A stretch of DNA of 64,000 bases from Balanoglossus misakiensis (Eukaryota; Animalia; Hemichordata): NCBI GenBank assembly GCA_040954595.2, contig CM082583.2:4827374-4891373 (forward strand). The letters run 5' to 3'. The position numbers were made by a program, and so were the translations under genes. Below, in pieces: positions 12,401 to 23,880 of this stretch (the stretch's first letter is position 1; each line of letters starts with the position of its first letter). The notes beneath the pieces were generated by a model. That model worked only from the letters and a program-made list of their open reading frames with translations, searched no databases and was not told where the DNA came from.

Positions 12401-15400
12401 TTAAACAGACATGTTATGGTACTCGTACAGCGAACTCTGCGTTAGAAATTCACTCAGATTGAAAAGTCGTCTATCCACGCGAGATCTCGCTGGATGTCGC
12501 GGAGTTCGGGAAATGGTCTATTAATCTGTGCACTTACTGATGAGAGCCGTGAGAAACTCAGGCGCCGAACTGCCAAAGGCCATAAACGTCGCTCCGGCCA
12601 CATCTTCTTGCAAATTGAGTCCTGCGGGGTTGTGTATAGAGAAGGTCAGAGGTCACAAGAAGACAACGTGGAAATAGACTGCGAGAAGGGACATTCATTT
12701 TGTCTTTAAATCACTGTTTTTAATCACGAATTACTAGTTTGGGTAGAATGTCTATATGGGCAAAACAATCTACCTGCTGAAGGTCAATGAAGGGTTTCAA
12801 TTCTCAGATTCTGGGTCTGAAAACGCTATACACCTCGCTTTTGATGTCGTCAGTCTCTAGCTCTCCAATAGACATCCTCATCCGTTGGCATGGATGGCAA
12901 AGAGACCTTGGCAGAAGAAAATGTCCACTGTAGACATGAGAGTACTGTAAAACATGTCTTTTAGCTAGCGTGTTATTTTAGCTAATTTAGCTCGGTGTGT
13001 AAATTTGCTAATTTGAGATGCTGCTGATTCAAACTTTTCTCTATCTTTACCATCATAGCTTTCTTTATAGCTACATTACAAACCCCCTGGGTGAATCGAA
13101 AATCTAAATTCGCTAAAAAAAGCATGCAGCTAATTCAAAGTGTTTTACTGTATCCTGGGCGCAAAATACTGACGTTGGAAACACAATCAATCGGTCTTTT
13201 GCCAGTTAATAACTTCCACAACCGTGCTTCCACGGATAAACAGGTATACGTGTATTGGTGATTTCGTCACCATTGTTCGACAGAAAACGGCGATTCTTTT
13301 GACAACATAAACAATCGACTCTGCAAAAACAGCCGAGTATTTAATTTAACGAGCTTCGTTTCGTCTCCGGACATGCAAGCGAACGGCAATAAAAAAGTAC
13401 CATATGCTCCCGTAAAATAAAACTCGTAGTTCCCACCGACAGGTACCGGCACTTTTATGACAGTTTTGTCTTCTTTTTTGCTGGGTTTTTCTCGCTACGT
13501 CATACAACCACGTCAACCCATGAGCACGTCCAAACAATTTTTATCACAATCACACAATTATTTATCACAATTCTGCCAGTTCACAAAGCTACTGGTATAT
13601 GTAACTCGACAAGGACACGCATTCGTGTTACGTAATGACACACGAGAAATTTCAAGCATCTTCACACAATGGGCTAAACCACGGTCACTCCACACAGTGT
13701 GGAGTGACTGTGGTCAAACATCACAAGTATGTCAGTGTGACCGCACAGTCGCGTCACGTGACGTCAACACGAGGGATCGGTAGTGGCCTGGCGTGACTCG
13801 TTCTTACGGTTGAGAACACGCCCAGAAGTCTTGAATAGGAATTTCCTATGTTTCTCGCTCTTTCGTCAAATATTCAGTTAAAATGATTGAGAAGTTGGAA
13901 CATTTGAGAGAAGTGAAGTATTTGGGAGTTGTAGGCCCTAATAGCTAAATGCCGTTCACACAAATTGTTGATTTTCTCTGTTCAGTTTTGGGCTCTGGAG
14001 TGCAACTTCAAAAGGGTGTAACTTATCAACACGTGCACAGATTGTTCTGATTTTTGGCCTAAGGAAGGGAACAATACCTATCTCCGAAAACTTACGTCGG
14101 ATTATCAATCAAGTTGATAGAACAAAAGAAATCACCACACATATGAACAAAAGTCAATAATTTATGCAAAAATCGACAGTTGACACTTTTAAGTCTCATT
14201 GTCCGAAAACGAAAGTGAATATCAACATTCCATGGTAAGATATTTTCTCCACTATACCCTACACTATACCCAGCTGTCGATTGCCGGTAACAGATCACCT
14301 GGAGGCATTGTCTTTTTATTTACACTCCTTTGAGTAAAAAAAACTTTAAATCGTGTATGTTTTAGCAAAACGAGAAAGAGAACAGAAATTTAGGAAAATA
14401 AACCAGATTTTCATAAACTTCAGATATAGAGCTAACATCTGGGTAGTCATCTGCCTTAAGCTCGAAACGTCACTGAGCTTATTTCTCACATTTTCCACCA
14501 ATTTTCACCATTTCTTTTCGAGTTATGGCGGCCCAGTTTTGTTAAACCAACCACTTGCTGGTATACCTCATTCAAGGCTTTTGCTTTACCATCTGGTCGG
14601 ACCGGAAACTAATTAGGAGACATTCCCATCCTGAGGGTGCCTGTACATTCAGTAGAGACCGGGAAACATTTTGACAAGACACGGGTGTACTTTGTGATAG
14701 CACTATTCATATTTCATTTAACGAAAGAGAAACAACACCAGGGAATTCAAAATGTGGCAAATGCCTTAGAATTAAATGAATACCAAAATAATGTAAAACA
14801 CTTGTTGGTTTGTAGTTGGTATGGGTTCATTACATAACTTTTGAGCACAACAAAAAACCAAAAGTCCCGGAAGCCTCGCCCATGAAAAACGTTAATGGTC
14901 AAGGCGTCGTCCATTATTTCTATATTATTACATGCATGTATAGACAAGGGACATGTACATATATGTAAATTACCGTACATGTGAGGACATCACCCTTGGC
15001 AAGCATGGATATTAAATGGACGCTGGCACGCTAAACGTATGTATGCAAACGTCAGTGAAATTTAGGCATGTATGGACCGGAAAATTTAAATTTAAAAGTC
15101 AGTGGGCCTGTCTATGAAAGAAATACCGTTCGAGTGCGTTGATTTTGTTGTTGGTAGATTTACACCGACGTTTCAACCCGGGAAGAACGAGAATGAGAAA
15201 AGACGCGAGAACTTATCAAACTACGTGTATATCGATCGTTTACCCCTCGCTGCAACCACACGCGTGTTTTATAATCTTTGCAAGCTGTTGCCTTGCTGTA
15301 AGACAACAAAAAATACAGTTTTACCAGTGTCCTTATTTTCAGTATAACAGCGTGTAAGCGTATATATACGCGGAAATGAAATCTGTGAGAAACGACGGCC

Positions 15401-18400
15401 AAATCAATATTGGCAGCAATTGCATTAAGTAGTAACATCGGACTGGGTTGCTATAATATGAAAGAACAAATCGACGAATTTCCTGACAGTTTATATAAAG
15501 CCCCATTAGCAGGAACTTTTCGCAGTTGGACGACTGAAAACGAATATTGAATTCAACTCTAAAACGTCACGGTGGCCATGAGCCCAACTGCTGCGAATGT
15601 CTGACGAAAAACAGCCTATAAATTTAAGACGAAAATGATCATAAATCAAGCCATGAAGTTATTTCTTGTGATCTAAGAGAGAGAGAGAGAGAGAGCTACA
15701 GAATTCATTTCTAGAGAATCGTCGATATTGTTTATCACAGCTGTATAATTCCTATATCTAATCAGTGCGATTGATTGTGCGCGTACAACAGAGGAATGCA
15801 TGAATGCATGCGCGCCGAAGTAGATTTGTGTTTGTTTGCTGTCAATAAAATACGTCAATAAAATACTCAAATACGCCTAAAAATGAAGGCGCCGGGAATT
15901 GCCTTAGAATTTAATGAATACCAAAATAATGTAATGTAGTTGGTATGGGTTCATTACATAACTTTTGAGCACAACAAAAAGCCAAAATTCCCGGAAGCCT
16001 CGCCCATGAAAAACGTTAATGGTCAAGGCGTCGTCCATTATTTCTATAATATTATGTATAGACAAGGGACATGTACATTATATGTAAATTACCGTACATG
16101 TGAGGACATGCATGAGTCTAAAAATGAAGGCACCGGGATCTGCCTAAATGGGTCACTAAAATCATCCATCTGTTCTTTTGCGACTGCTTCGAAATAATGG
16201 CTTTCTGTCGTCAATCGCTCACATTTTTGTTCACGTTTTTGTTTCATAAACTATTTGCGGTTCATTGTTTTCTCGACCTGCTAGTAGTAGGGCCTATGCG
16301 AGATTTTGTTTTTGGTTCTGGCTCATGTTTGCACAGTCCGTGATATCGATTCAAATCAGACAGGTGTCCAATACCACAATAATAATTTCAAAATATATGA
16401 CACCAACAAAAGTAAACTCACGTGACTGCCACATTGCCCTTCTACTAGTTTATCAAATATTCCAACTGATTTATTGTCATAAATCAACAATGGCGAAAAT
16501 GTCAGTCTTGTTGTGGCATTTGCATATGTACTAGAAAATCACTCAATTTGTGATGTATTTTTCATTTAATTTCACATAAATTGGAAACATTTACCGTATT
16601 TTTTCTCAATCGTTATTAGCATAATCGTTATACACATTATATCAGGGCTGATGTTTGGGGCCCGGTTTAAATTTCACATATTTGGCTATAAAACAATTAC
16701 AATTGCTTATATCACAGTGACATTAAAAAAAACCCAGTGAAACATTAAAAAAAATGTATGCATCGTTCTCACACCGGGAAGACGTCAACCGGTGAAAACT
16801 ACGAAAGAATTACAAGTAGGCTATTATTCCTGCATCTGACCAAGAGGGAACATTTGATGCCACAGAAAACGAATTCGAATGGGTGGCAGACGTGGTGCTC
16901 TTACCGCCATGTTGGTACGTACCATCGGGGCTTACTTAGCTAGCTATGATGTCACAGGAGCACAGTCCCTAATCCTATGATAGAAAATTAAAACAGTAAT
17001 TGCAAGCGACTGTGGCTGGAACCTAAACTCGGTATACGTAAATCCGTCGACTTTCAAATTACACGTAACGAAACTCTAAGCTGGAAAATGGGTCAACAAC
17101 CGTACTCGTAAAACTGAAAATCGGGTCAAGAAACGCACGTAGCCACGAGCAACGTACAAAGGGGGTACACCGGGTAACCCTAGCCTCCTCCCGCCAAAAT
17201 GTTCATATATATGTGCTTATAGTAATATTACATGTATATGCACCATATCGCAGTCCCTATAAAATTCGTGGTATGACGCGTGATCAAGGCCAAAATTACC
17301 ATTGTCTAATTTTGGAGCAATTCACTTGCTTGAGACTGTGTATAAGGATCAAAAGCGCATGGCCTTGCAGCTGGCGAGACTGGTTTGGCCTCGTGCACAC
17401 CCGCAACTTGAACTCGGGGCCTGACTTTCTCGCCGTATGTACTGCTGGGGCACATCACATATACTTCTAGCAGTCGCCGCCCTTGGACAAGAATTTGGTC
17501 TCGGCGCGGCAACCCGCACTCGTTCAGTCGGCGAGCGACCCGTGGTGGACGTATGGTCTTTTCAAACACATGGCTACAGTAACTACTACATGTATACTGG
17601 TCCATGCCGGTCTATGCCGGAAACTAAATCCACGTTCCCTCAATGCGAAGTCAGAGATCGAGTGTGGAGTGTAAAGCTGACCGCAATTCAGTGACTGAAT
17701 TAGGTCAAATAAAAAGGCCGCTATTCACGAAGAATATAAACATTCGCTTTCGTATACGTATACGTATTGCCAGTCTTGAGGTAGTGAGTGTACGTAACAG
17801 TGATAATAGATTAATTTCGCGATATATACAACAATATTATCAGCATATGTACGTGATTTCTTTTGCAGGTACCCATAGAACCCCTAGATACAAAACGCGC
17901 ATGCAGTGACTTCATCCTTGAAAGATACATATCCCTACAAATACATGTATATTAATTATGATACAAAATACAAGATTCGAGTTAAAATATCTGCTCTCTG
18001 AATCCTGGTAGGTCCCTCGATCGATTTTTATATGAATCGGTACGCATACATACATTGTAAAGAGAACTGACTGTGTGAATAAACGACGTGTAAACAAAAA
18101 ATGGTTCTGGATTCGGCACAGATCCAATATTTAAAAACCGAAAATATGGGCAATCTCAAAATATACCATTATCACCCGGGGTTATTAATAACATTTTTGT
18201 CGTTTGACATGAAAATGCTTTGACGTCACTGTGGTTATCAACATGGTGCTGTCCAATTGTACACATCAAGTATCATATGTATACACACACGTACTTACTT
18301 TCACAAATGCGCTCCATAGCGGCGACGAAGTATCTGTCGCAGGCAATGGCCAGGCCGTACAGAGAGTAGATCAGTACGAATACTGGTACGACGATGGCAC

Positions 18401-18515
18401 CATTACGCAGTTGCTCGTCGGTAAACACGATCGCCGGTAGCTCGTTGAGTGCTTCGGGCGAGCAGTTCGCCAGGACTGGCGTGTGCGTTGACGCCGAAGC
18501 GTTCTCCTCCGCCAT
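8994..18515 (-). CDS. SLC24/NCKX-family K+-dependent Na+/Ca2+ exchanger, 8 coding exons, ~451 aa
   Basis: Exons 18515-18299, 12621-12538, 12377-12280, 11620-11520, 10901-10687, 10149-9928, 9572-9471, 9310-8994; phases compatible (1356 nt). Alpha-1 repeat DVAGATFMAFGSSAPEF...GTVIGSAAFN; alpha-2 repeat MGLTFLAVGSSLPD...AIANAIGSNVFDILICLGVP; WWPIARD. Paralog identity not determinable. Confidence 0.93.
9385..9441. repeat. (GAT)19 microsatellite in the last SLC24 intron
   Basis: Perfect trinucleotide run; explains the poly-I/poly-M ORFs in the track. Confidence 0.95.
11875..12047. mobile_element. TTAA-flanked MITE (AGG...CCT termini, Kolobok-like), copy 1
   Basis: TTAA-AGGTATGCGGTCACC ... GGTGACTGTATACCT-TTAA; homologous to 35070-35259 (inverted) and ~40731-40919. 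Confidence 0.7.
12476..12522 (-). repeat. Dispersed repeat end (AATAGACCATTTCCCGAACTCC...), second copy at 18990-19037
   Basis: The reverse complement of 12476-12522 aligns with 18990-19037, with a 22-nt identical start and shared AGATCTCGCGTG. Confidence 0.6.
12943..13152. mobile_element. MITE-like element with TA-flanked imperfect terminal inverted repeats
   Basis: TACTGTAAAACA... at left and ...TGTTTTACTGTA at right; internal TTAGCT/AGCTAA subterminal symmetry. Confidence 0.55.
14762..16109 (+). repeat. Pair of ~210-230 bp direct repeats (14762-14990 and 15900-16109) in SLC24 intron 1
   Basis: Long identical blocks, e.g. GTAGTTGGTATGGGTTCATTACATAACTTTTGAGCACAAC and CCCGGAAGCCTCGCCCATGAAAAACGTTAATGGTCAAGGCGTCGTCCATTATTTCTATA, with small indels. 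Confidence 0.9.
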
Positions 18516-19920
18516 GTTGACCTCAGACCTGACAGCTTCAGCTTTATGAGCGCGCGTACAGCGAACGCGATCTGTGTGTGGTATGGGGACAGTGAAACGT
18601 ACATACACGCGCGCGTGAATGAATGAATGAATGAATCACATTCACTTATACACACACCCGGAAGCGTGTGTAGGAATAGTGTTGTGTAACTTGTGATCAG
18701 CGCATCCTCACTATAAGCAATATGATTTTCTGCATAAATGAATATTTATACTACATCGACAAATTTTTACTCTCCCCCCCCCCCCCACCTATTGGTGTGT
18801 GCACAAGTTACGCGTAGCCCAGCTGTGCCAGGTACCATCACTTTGCCGCGGCACATGATTTGAATATGAGTGAGGACTATTTTGAGGTGAATATAGGAGA
18901 ATGCCGGTAGCCGTTTTCTACAATGGTGAAACATGACGATGATACCCAGTGGCTAATGCAAGCGCATATTACAATAGACAACGGCAAGAAATAGACCATT
19001 TCCCGAACTCCACGAGACCAGTGCCAGATCTCGCGTGATTCTCAGGTGACACAGGACAAAAGACACACGGCCACACATACAGTGCGATGTTTATAAAATC
19101 AATACATGTATCTCTGGCAAGTTGTTAAATGTCAAAATCGACAATTTTATTAACATGGAACTGTTCAGCGCCTCAAAGTACAAACACGATTATGTGAGAG
19201 CAATATCTCAATCATTACCAAGTGCAGTTACCACAGTAGTAAATTTCAGCAATATTTTACAAATGAGAAAAGTTCGATTTTTATATTTTAATTGCAGAGA
19301 TCCATACTGGCCAGTTAAATCAATTTTGGCAAATGCATATAAAACATTGAATCTATCGAAATGCACATCCTGAAAACTTTGAAATACCAGTTTAGCTGCT
19401 GTTTATGGGTTGCAATGGAAAACTGACTTCTGACTTTAAAATGCATTCACAAAAACTCTAAAATGAATAGAGTTGAATAATATCTACTTTACAAAACATG
19501 TGAAATTATTGATATCAGTAAAATACGCATACAGTTTATTACTAGTACTAGTATGTCAAATACATGTTACAAAGCCAGCATAGTTCGTAGCCTTCAGGCT
19601 GATGAAAATAGCCGAAGAATTCTCTGGTCAGAAAAAACTCCGCGTCATTGCTCTTGTATCACAGAAAGGAAACAGTGCAGTGCGCACCCACTCTACTTGC
19701 GTTTGGTCACGCCCTGACCACTAAAATATGAAAGAGCGCAAATGCATGACGCCCTCAGGCGACAGATATTACAGCTGGGGAAAAGTGGTACATGTATTGA
19801 AGTTTTTAATACACGGTTATTATGTGTATCCAGTCCCCTACTTTGGTGTACAATGATGTAATTGCCAGACTGAAACAACGACGGTCGCATTCAGTGTGGG
19901 GGAGAAACACTAATTCTTTC

Positions 19921-21075
19921 TTAACTAACGTGTACAGTGTCTTCCATTCGAACGAAGGGACCATCTGGACCAGCCAGGTCCCCCCGTCCCTTCTTCAGCA
20001 AAACGACGCCGAAGTACGCCATCAGTATTACCACGACTCCGAAAACGAAGAAACCAACACAGGCCCCAATGAGCTGAATCTTGTTGTACTGAACGACCGC
20101 CTTGACGTTCTCCCTGTCTTCCCGAGTGGCGTTTTCACAGACAAACTCGCTGTTAGGTATGTGCCATATGTTCTCCCCGTTCAGCTTGTCGGGGCTGTCG
20201 CAGTAGAACGAGTCTGCAAGGTACCGCGGGTGCATGGGCCAGACCTTCTTCAAGTCCAGCATTCGACAGTCGCACACCCACGGATTCCCGCCCACTAGTA
20301 TGACTTCAAAGTACGACTCTGCATCGAGTTGCTCCATGCGCGCGGCTAAAGAGTGGGGGAAAGACTCGACGCTGTTCACGCGTATATCGATATTAATCGG
20401 GGATGTTTTCATCTCCCCCGGGAAATCGTCCGCGCCCACTTCCTCTATTCTGTTGTGGGCCATTCTCACGAAATTCAGAGATATCAGCGACTTAATATTT
20501 GGGATGCGCTTGAAATTGTTAAAGCTCAAGTCCAGTATCATTAAGCTGGAGAGGCCGTCAAATACACCGGCGGGAACGGCAGACAGGTTGTTGTTGTTTA
20601 ACCGGAGAAAACCCAGGTTCTGCAATCCGACGAACGCATCCGCCTCGATGCGCGAGATACGGTTGTACCCCAACTCCAGGGAGAACACCCGTGTGCAGTT
20701 CTCCAGCCGTCGCCCTGGCAAGTGTGTAAGACGATTGTGGGACATTTGAAAAATTTGCGCGTACTGCACCAGGGCGGATGCGGGTATCTCGCCCAGGTTT
20801 CTACTTCTGCAATCGACGTAGGTGGTTACTGACCCGGGGGCCAGTTCATAGGTGTGATTCAGTGGGAGGGCGTCGGTGCCGTTTGCTAGCGATGCGTTGG
20901 CCGCCTCAGACCAATCGTCAAACACCTCTATGTACGTGGACTTGTTGAAACAAGAACAGTGGCTCCCGCAGTCGATGTTGTCAATTTTCGGCGGCGGAGA
21001 ACCACCGTTTACCAGGAGAGCACCCACTGTAATTATCAACAGGAGATGGAATATCCACCTAGCGTATCCCATCAT
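19921..21075 (-). CDS. LRR type-I transmembrane protein, paralog 1 (signal peptide, LRRNT with insert, ~6 LRR, LRRCT, TM, short tail), 384 aa
   Basis: Single coding exon; ATG at 21075 follows a TTTTTTGCAG acceptor. CGSHCSC...VDCRSRNL, LxxLxLxxNxL repeats, GNPWVCDC...FYCDSP...C, hydrophobic TM, tail PFVRMEDTVHVS. Confidence 0.9.
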   Translation of the reverse strand: MMGYARWIFHLLLIITVGALLVNGGSPPPKIDNIDCGSHCSCFNKSTYIEVFDDWSEAANASLANGTDALPLNHTYELAPGSVTTYVDCRSRNLGEIPASALVQYAQIFQMSHNRLTHLPGRRLENCTRVFSLELGYNRISRIEADAFVGLQNLGFLRLNNNNLSAVPAGVFDGLSSLMILDLSFNNFKRIPNIKSLISLNFVRMAHNRIEEVGADDFPGEMKTSPINIDIRVNSVESFPHSLAARMEQLDAESYFEVILVGGNPWVCDCRMLDLKKVWPMHPRYLADSFYCDSPDKLNGENIWHIPNSEFVCENATREDRENVKAVVQYNKIQLIGACVGFFVFGVVVILMAYFGVVLLKKGRGDLAGPDGPFVRMEDTVHVS

Positions 21076-22725
21076 TTGTTTATCTAATCGCAAATCCAAA
21101 ATCTGCAAAAAAGTATTACGAGAAAATTGATTTGTAATACACCTCGCCCGTTTCCTGCGCTAATATTGGTCGAATCAGTCACGAGGGTGCGTGACTTTGT
21201 TTCCCATTAGCGTATAGATATTTGCATGCGACTTTACGTGTGTGTTATGTATACGTCACGTACTAACAGAAAAACTTCTTACCACTTTGACAAGATTCAG
21301 TTCAACGTACGTCGCTCCCTCGAAGCCCTCTGTATCTCACGGTGTTGAAATTGGCCAAAAAACGCCCGAAAACTTCAAACGTCCTCAGAGTTCAAGCAAC
21401 CACGGGTCTCTATACTGGGTATTCGACGACAAGGGAGACTACAATGTAAATATGTCTCACTGACGATTCTGGCGAAGTTATGGAACCAGGCCCATGGGGT
21501 CAGGGGTCATAGCAGTCTGGAGAACCAGCCTTGAGACTAATGTGTGCCACTTCTGTTTCAGACCTTACATGACCCTTGATATAAAAGCATATAACATGTC
21601 TCAAAACAACGTAGAAGCTCTGCAAGGCCGTTACTAACTCCTTATCTTGTCGGATAAAAGCGTGTCACGTGACAAAAGGATGAAAATCGTTACTGCAGCT
21701 GATCATGTCGGTGATTTGAGGAAATTTTAAAGCGTATGGTGAATTGGAAATGACTGCGAAATTACTTCTTACGCATATTTTCCGTGCAGTGCGATGGACG
21801 AAAGGACCCCCACATTCGACTACGCCCCTTGAGAGAAAAACTGCCCACAACTGTACCATGTAAAGTGTGTGTATCGGCAAGTGGCCAAGCGGTCGAAACA
21901 GTGTTGTTGGAGCCAGTGATAACGTTTCAACTTCGGGGGAAAATAAATGCTGTTTTGAATTACCAAGGTCACAAAGATCGAGAAAGCAAAGCTGGTATAA
22001 AACGTCGGACGCATTTCATCGCGAAAGGCAGTTGTTTTCCCATGACCTATACTTGGTTCAAGTCAGTGAGTCAGAAAAAAATGAAATATTTGCAACAGGT
22101 GCTCGTATGTCTTTTTTGTATTCAAGCGTCATACAAACCTACTAGTATTCGAAGTTCAAGTTAGCACTCTGCCGGGTGGCATCCTGGCGAGGGCGGCTTT
22201 TCATAGCGGCCTGTAATACTGGAGTCTGCGCAGTCCAGTGGTGAGTTGGTTTTCGTGCAGCTGTCGGATTCCGGGTGAAACTCCCCTGTACCGCGTCCTC
22301 CCACTCAAAGTTTACAAGAAAACACAAATCATTGACTTGAGCCAAGTCTGTCCATGGCATTTCTTATCCGTGCAGTCCTCCCCCCTCTTGAAAATTCGAT
22401 GGATACACAGCCTCTTCACTTCTACTGTTTGTTTCAGAACGTTTTAGGCATATTTCATGCTTCTCAATTGCAAATTTAAAGTTTGGCAATGCGTGTACAT
22501 GCATACATGTATACACATAAATACATACTAGTACACATACGAACATATACATAACATTAAAGTTGTTTTATTGACAATTTAATTCTGATATTATTGACAA
22601 CTATTCATGGAATATATTTAACTGTTCCACATGCACTTCTTGAGCATAAAGGCGAGTGTAAAAAATAATTATTAATATGATCAACAATTATCACTGTAAG
22701 CAATGCCATTTGCAGAATCTTACGA

Positions 22726-23880
22726 CTACTGCGCAGTGTCTTCCATTCGAGCGAAGGGGTTACCGCCGCGAAAGAACCGATCTCTCGCCTTCTTCACAAC
22801 AAAGCACACCATCACCATTACCACGACGCCGACAGCAAAGGCGCCGACACAGGCCCAGGCAAATTGCATTTCATTAAAAGAAGCTACCTTCACGACATTG
22901 CCCTGGTCGTCCGGTACATCGACGTGAGTGACGTTATCGCAAACCAACTCACTGTCGGGTACGGTCCATATGTTTTTCCCCCTGAGTCGCACGGGGGTGT
23001 CGCAGTAGAACGAGTCGACGAGGAACCTGGGATGGTCCGGCCACACTTTCTTCAAGCCAATCACTTGACAGTCGCACACCCACGGGTTCTCGGCCACCGA
23101 TATCGCTGCGTATGAGGCGACGACGTGTTCCTGGATGTAGGTCGCCAGCGAGGGCGGGAAATACTTGAGGTTGTTCATGCGGATGTCGAGATTCGCCAGT
23201 CCGTCGGCCACCACCTTCGGCCAATCGTCGACGCTCAGTTCGTCCAGTTCATTGTTGGCCATCCCCAAGTAGGTGAGCCGTGCCAGCGACCCGATGCGTG
23301 GCAAACGCTTGAAATCGTTGCCCTCCAACGTGAGCACCCTCAGTTCCGGCAGTTCGCTAAATAAACCGTCCGGCAGGGCGGACAGGTTGTTTTGGGCCAG
23401 CATCAGGTGCATTAGGTTCGACAGTCCGCAGAACGCGCACTTCTCGATGCGCGTCATCCGGTTGAATCCCAAGTCGACGGTGTTAACCTTGGAGTAATTC
23501 TTTAAACGCCCTCCTCGCAGGTAGAAGATGCGGTTGTGAGATGCTAGGAGGAAGGTTAGATTCTGTGGCAAGTCAGTTGGCACGTCGATCAGATTCCTGC
23601 TTCTACAGTCAACACGGGTACGGACAGGGCCTGACCTGGATATAAACGGGCGCGAATCAGTGTCGTTTGGCGAAAGACTACCGTTGTCTGTTGATGATGC
23701 GTTGGTCGCGCCCGTCGGTAGGTACACGCGGTATATGTTGTACTCGTTGTAACAAGAACAGGGGTCCCCACAGTCGAAGTAGTCGCGTCTACGACGACGA
23801 AATGGCGAACTGCGGTCTAGGCCCGCCAGGAGAAGTAGCGCCGTACCCGCCACCAAGAAGCGCAACACTTGCATAGCCAT
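22726..23880 (-). CDS. LRR type-I transmembrane protein, paralog 2, 384 aa
   Basis: Single coding exon; likely start MAMQVLRF at 23880 after a GTTTGCAG acceptor. Signal peptide, CGDPCSC...VDCRSRNL, ~6 LRR, ENPWVCDC, TM, tail NPFARMEDTAQ. Confidence 0.9.
   Translation of the reverse strand: MAMQVLRFLVAGTALLLLAGLDRSSPFRRRRRDYFDCGDPCSCYNEYNIYRVYLPTGATNASSTDNGSLSPNDTDSRPFISRSGPVRTRVDCRSRNLIDVPTDLPQNLTFLLASHNRIFYLRGGRLKNYSKVNTVDLGFNRMTRIEKCAFCGLSNLMHLMLAQNNLSALPDGLFSELPELRVLTLEGNDFKRLPRIGSLARLTYLGMANNELDELSVDDWPKVVADGLANLDIRMNNLKYFPPSLATYIQEHVVASYAAISVAENPWVCDCQVIGLKKVWPDHPRFLVDSFYCDTPVRLRGKNIWTVPDSELVCDNVTHVDVPDDQGNVVKVASFNEMQFAWACVGAFAVGVVVMVMVCFVVKKARDRFFRGGNPFARMEDTAQ

Noticed and set aside
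17306-17694. GC-rich overlapping short ORFs in SLC24 intron 1
   Set aside because: No recognisable domain, and stops in alternative frames; likely a repeat remnant.
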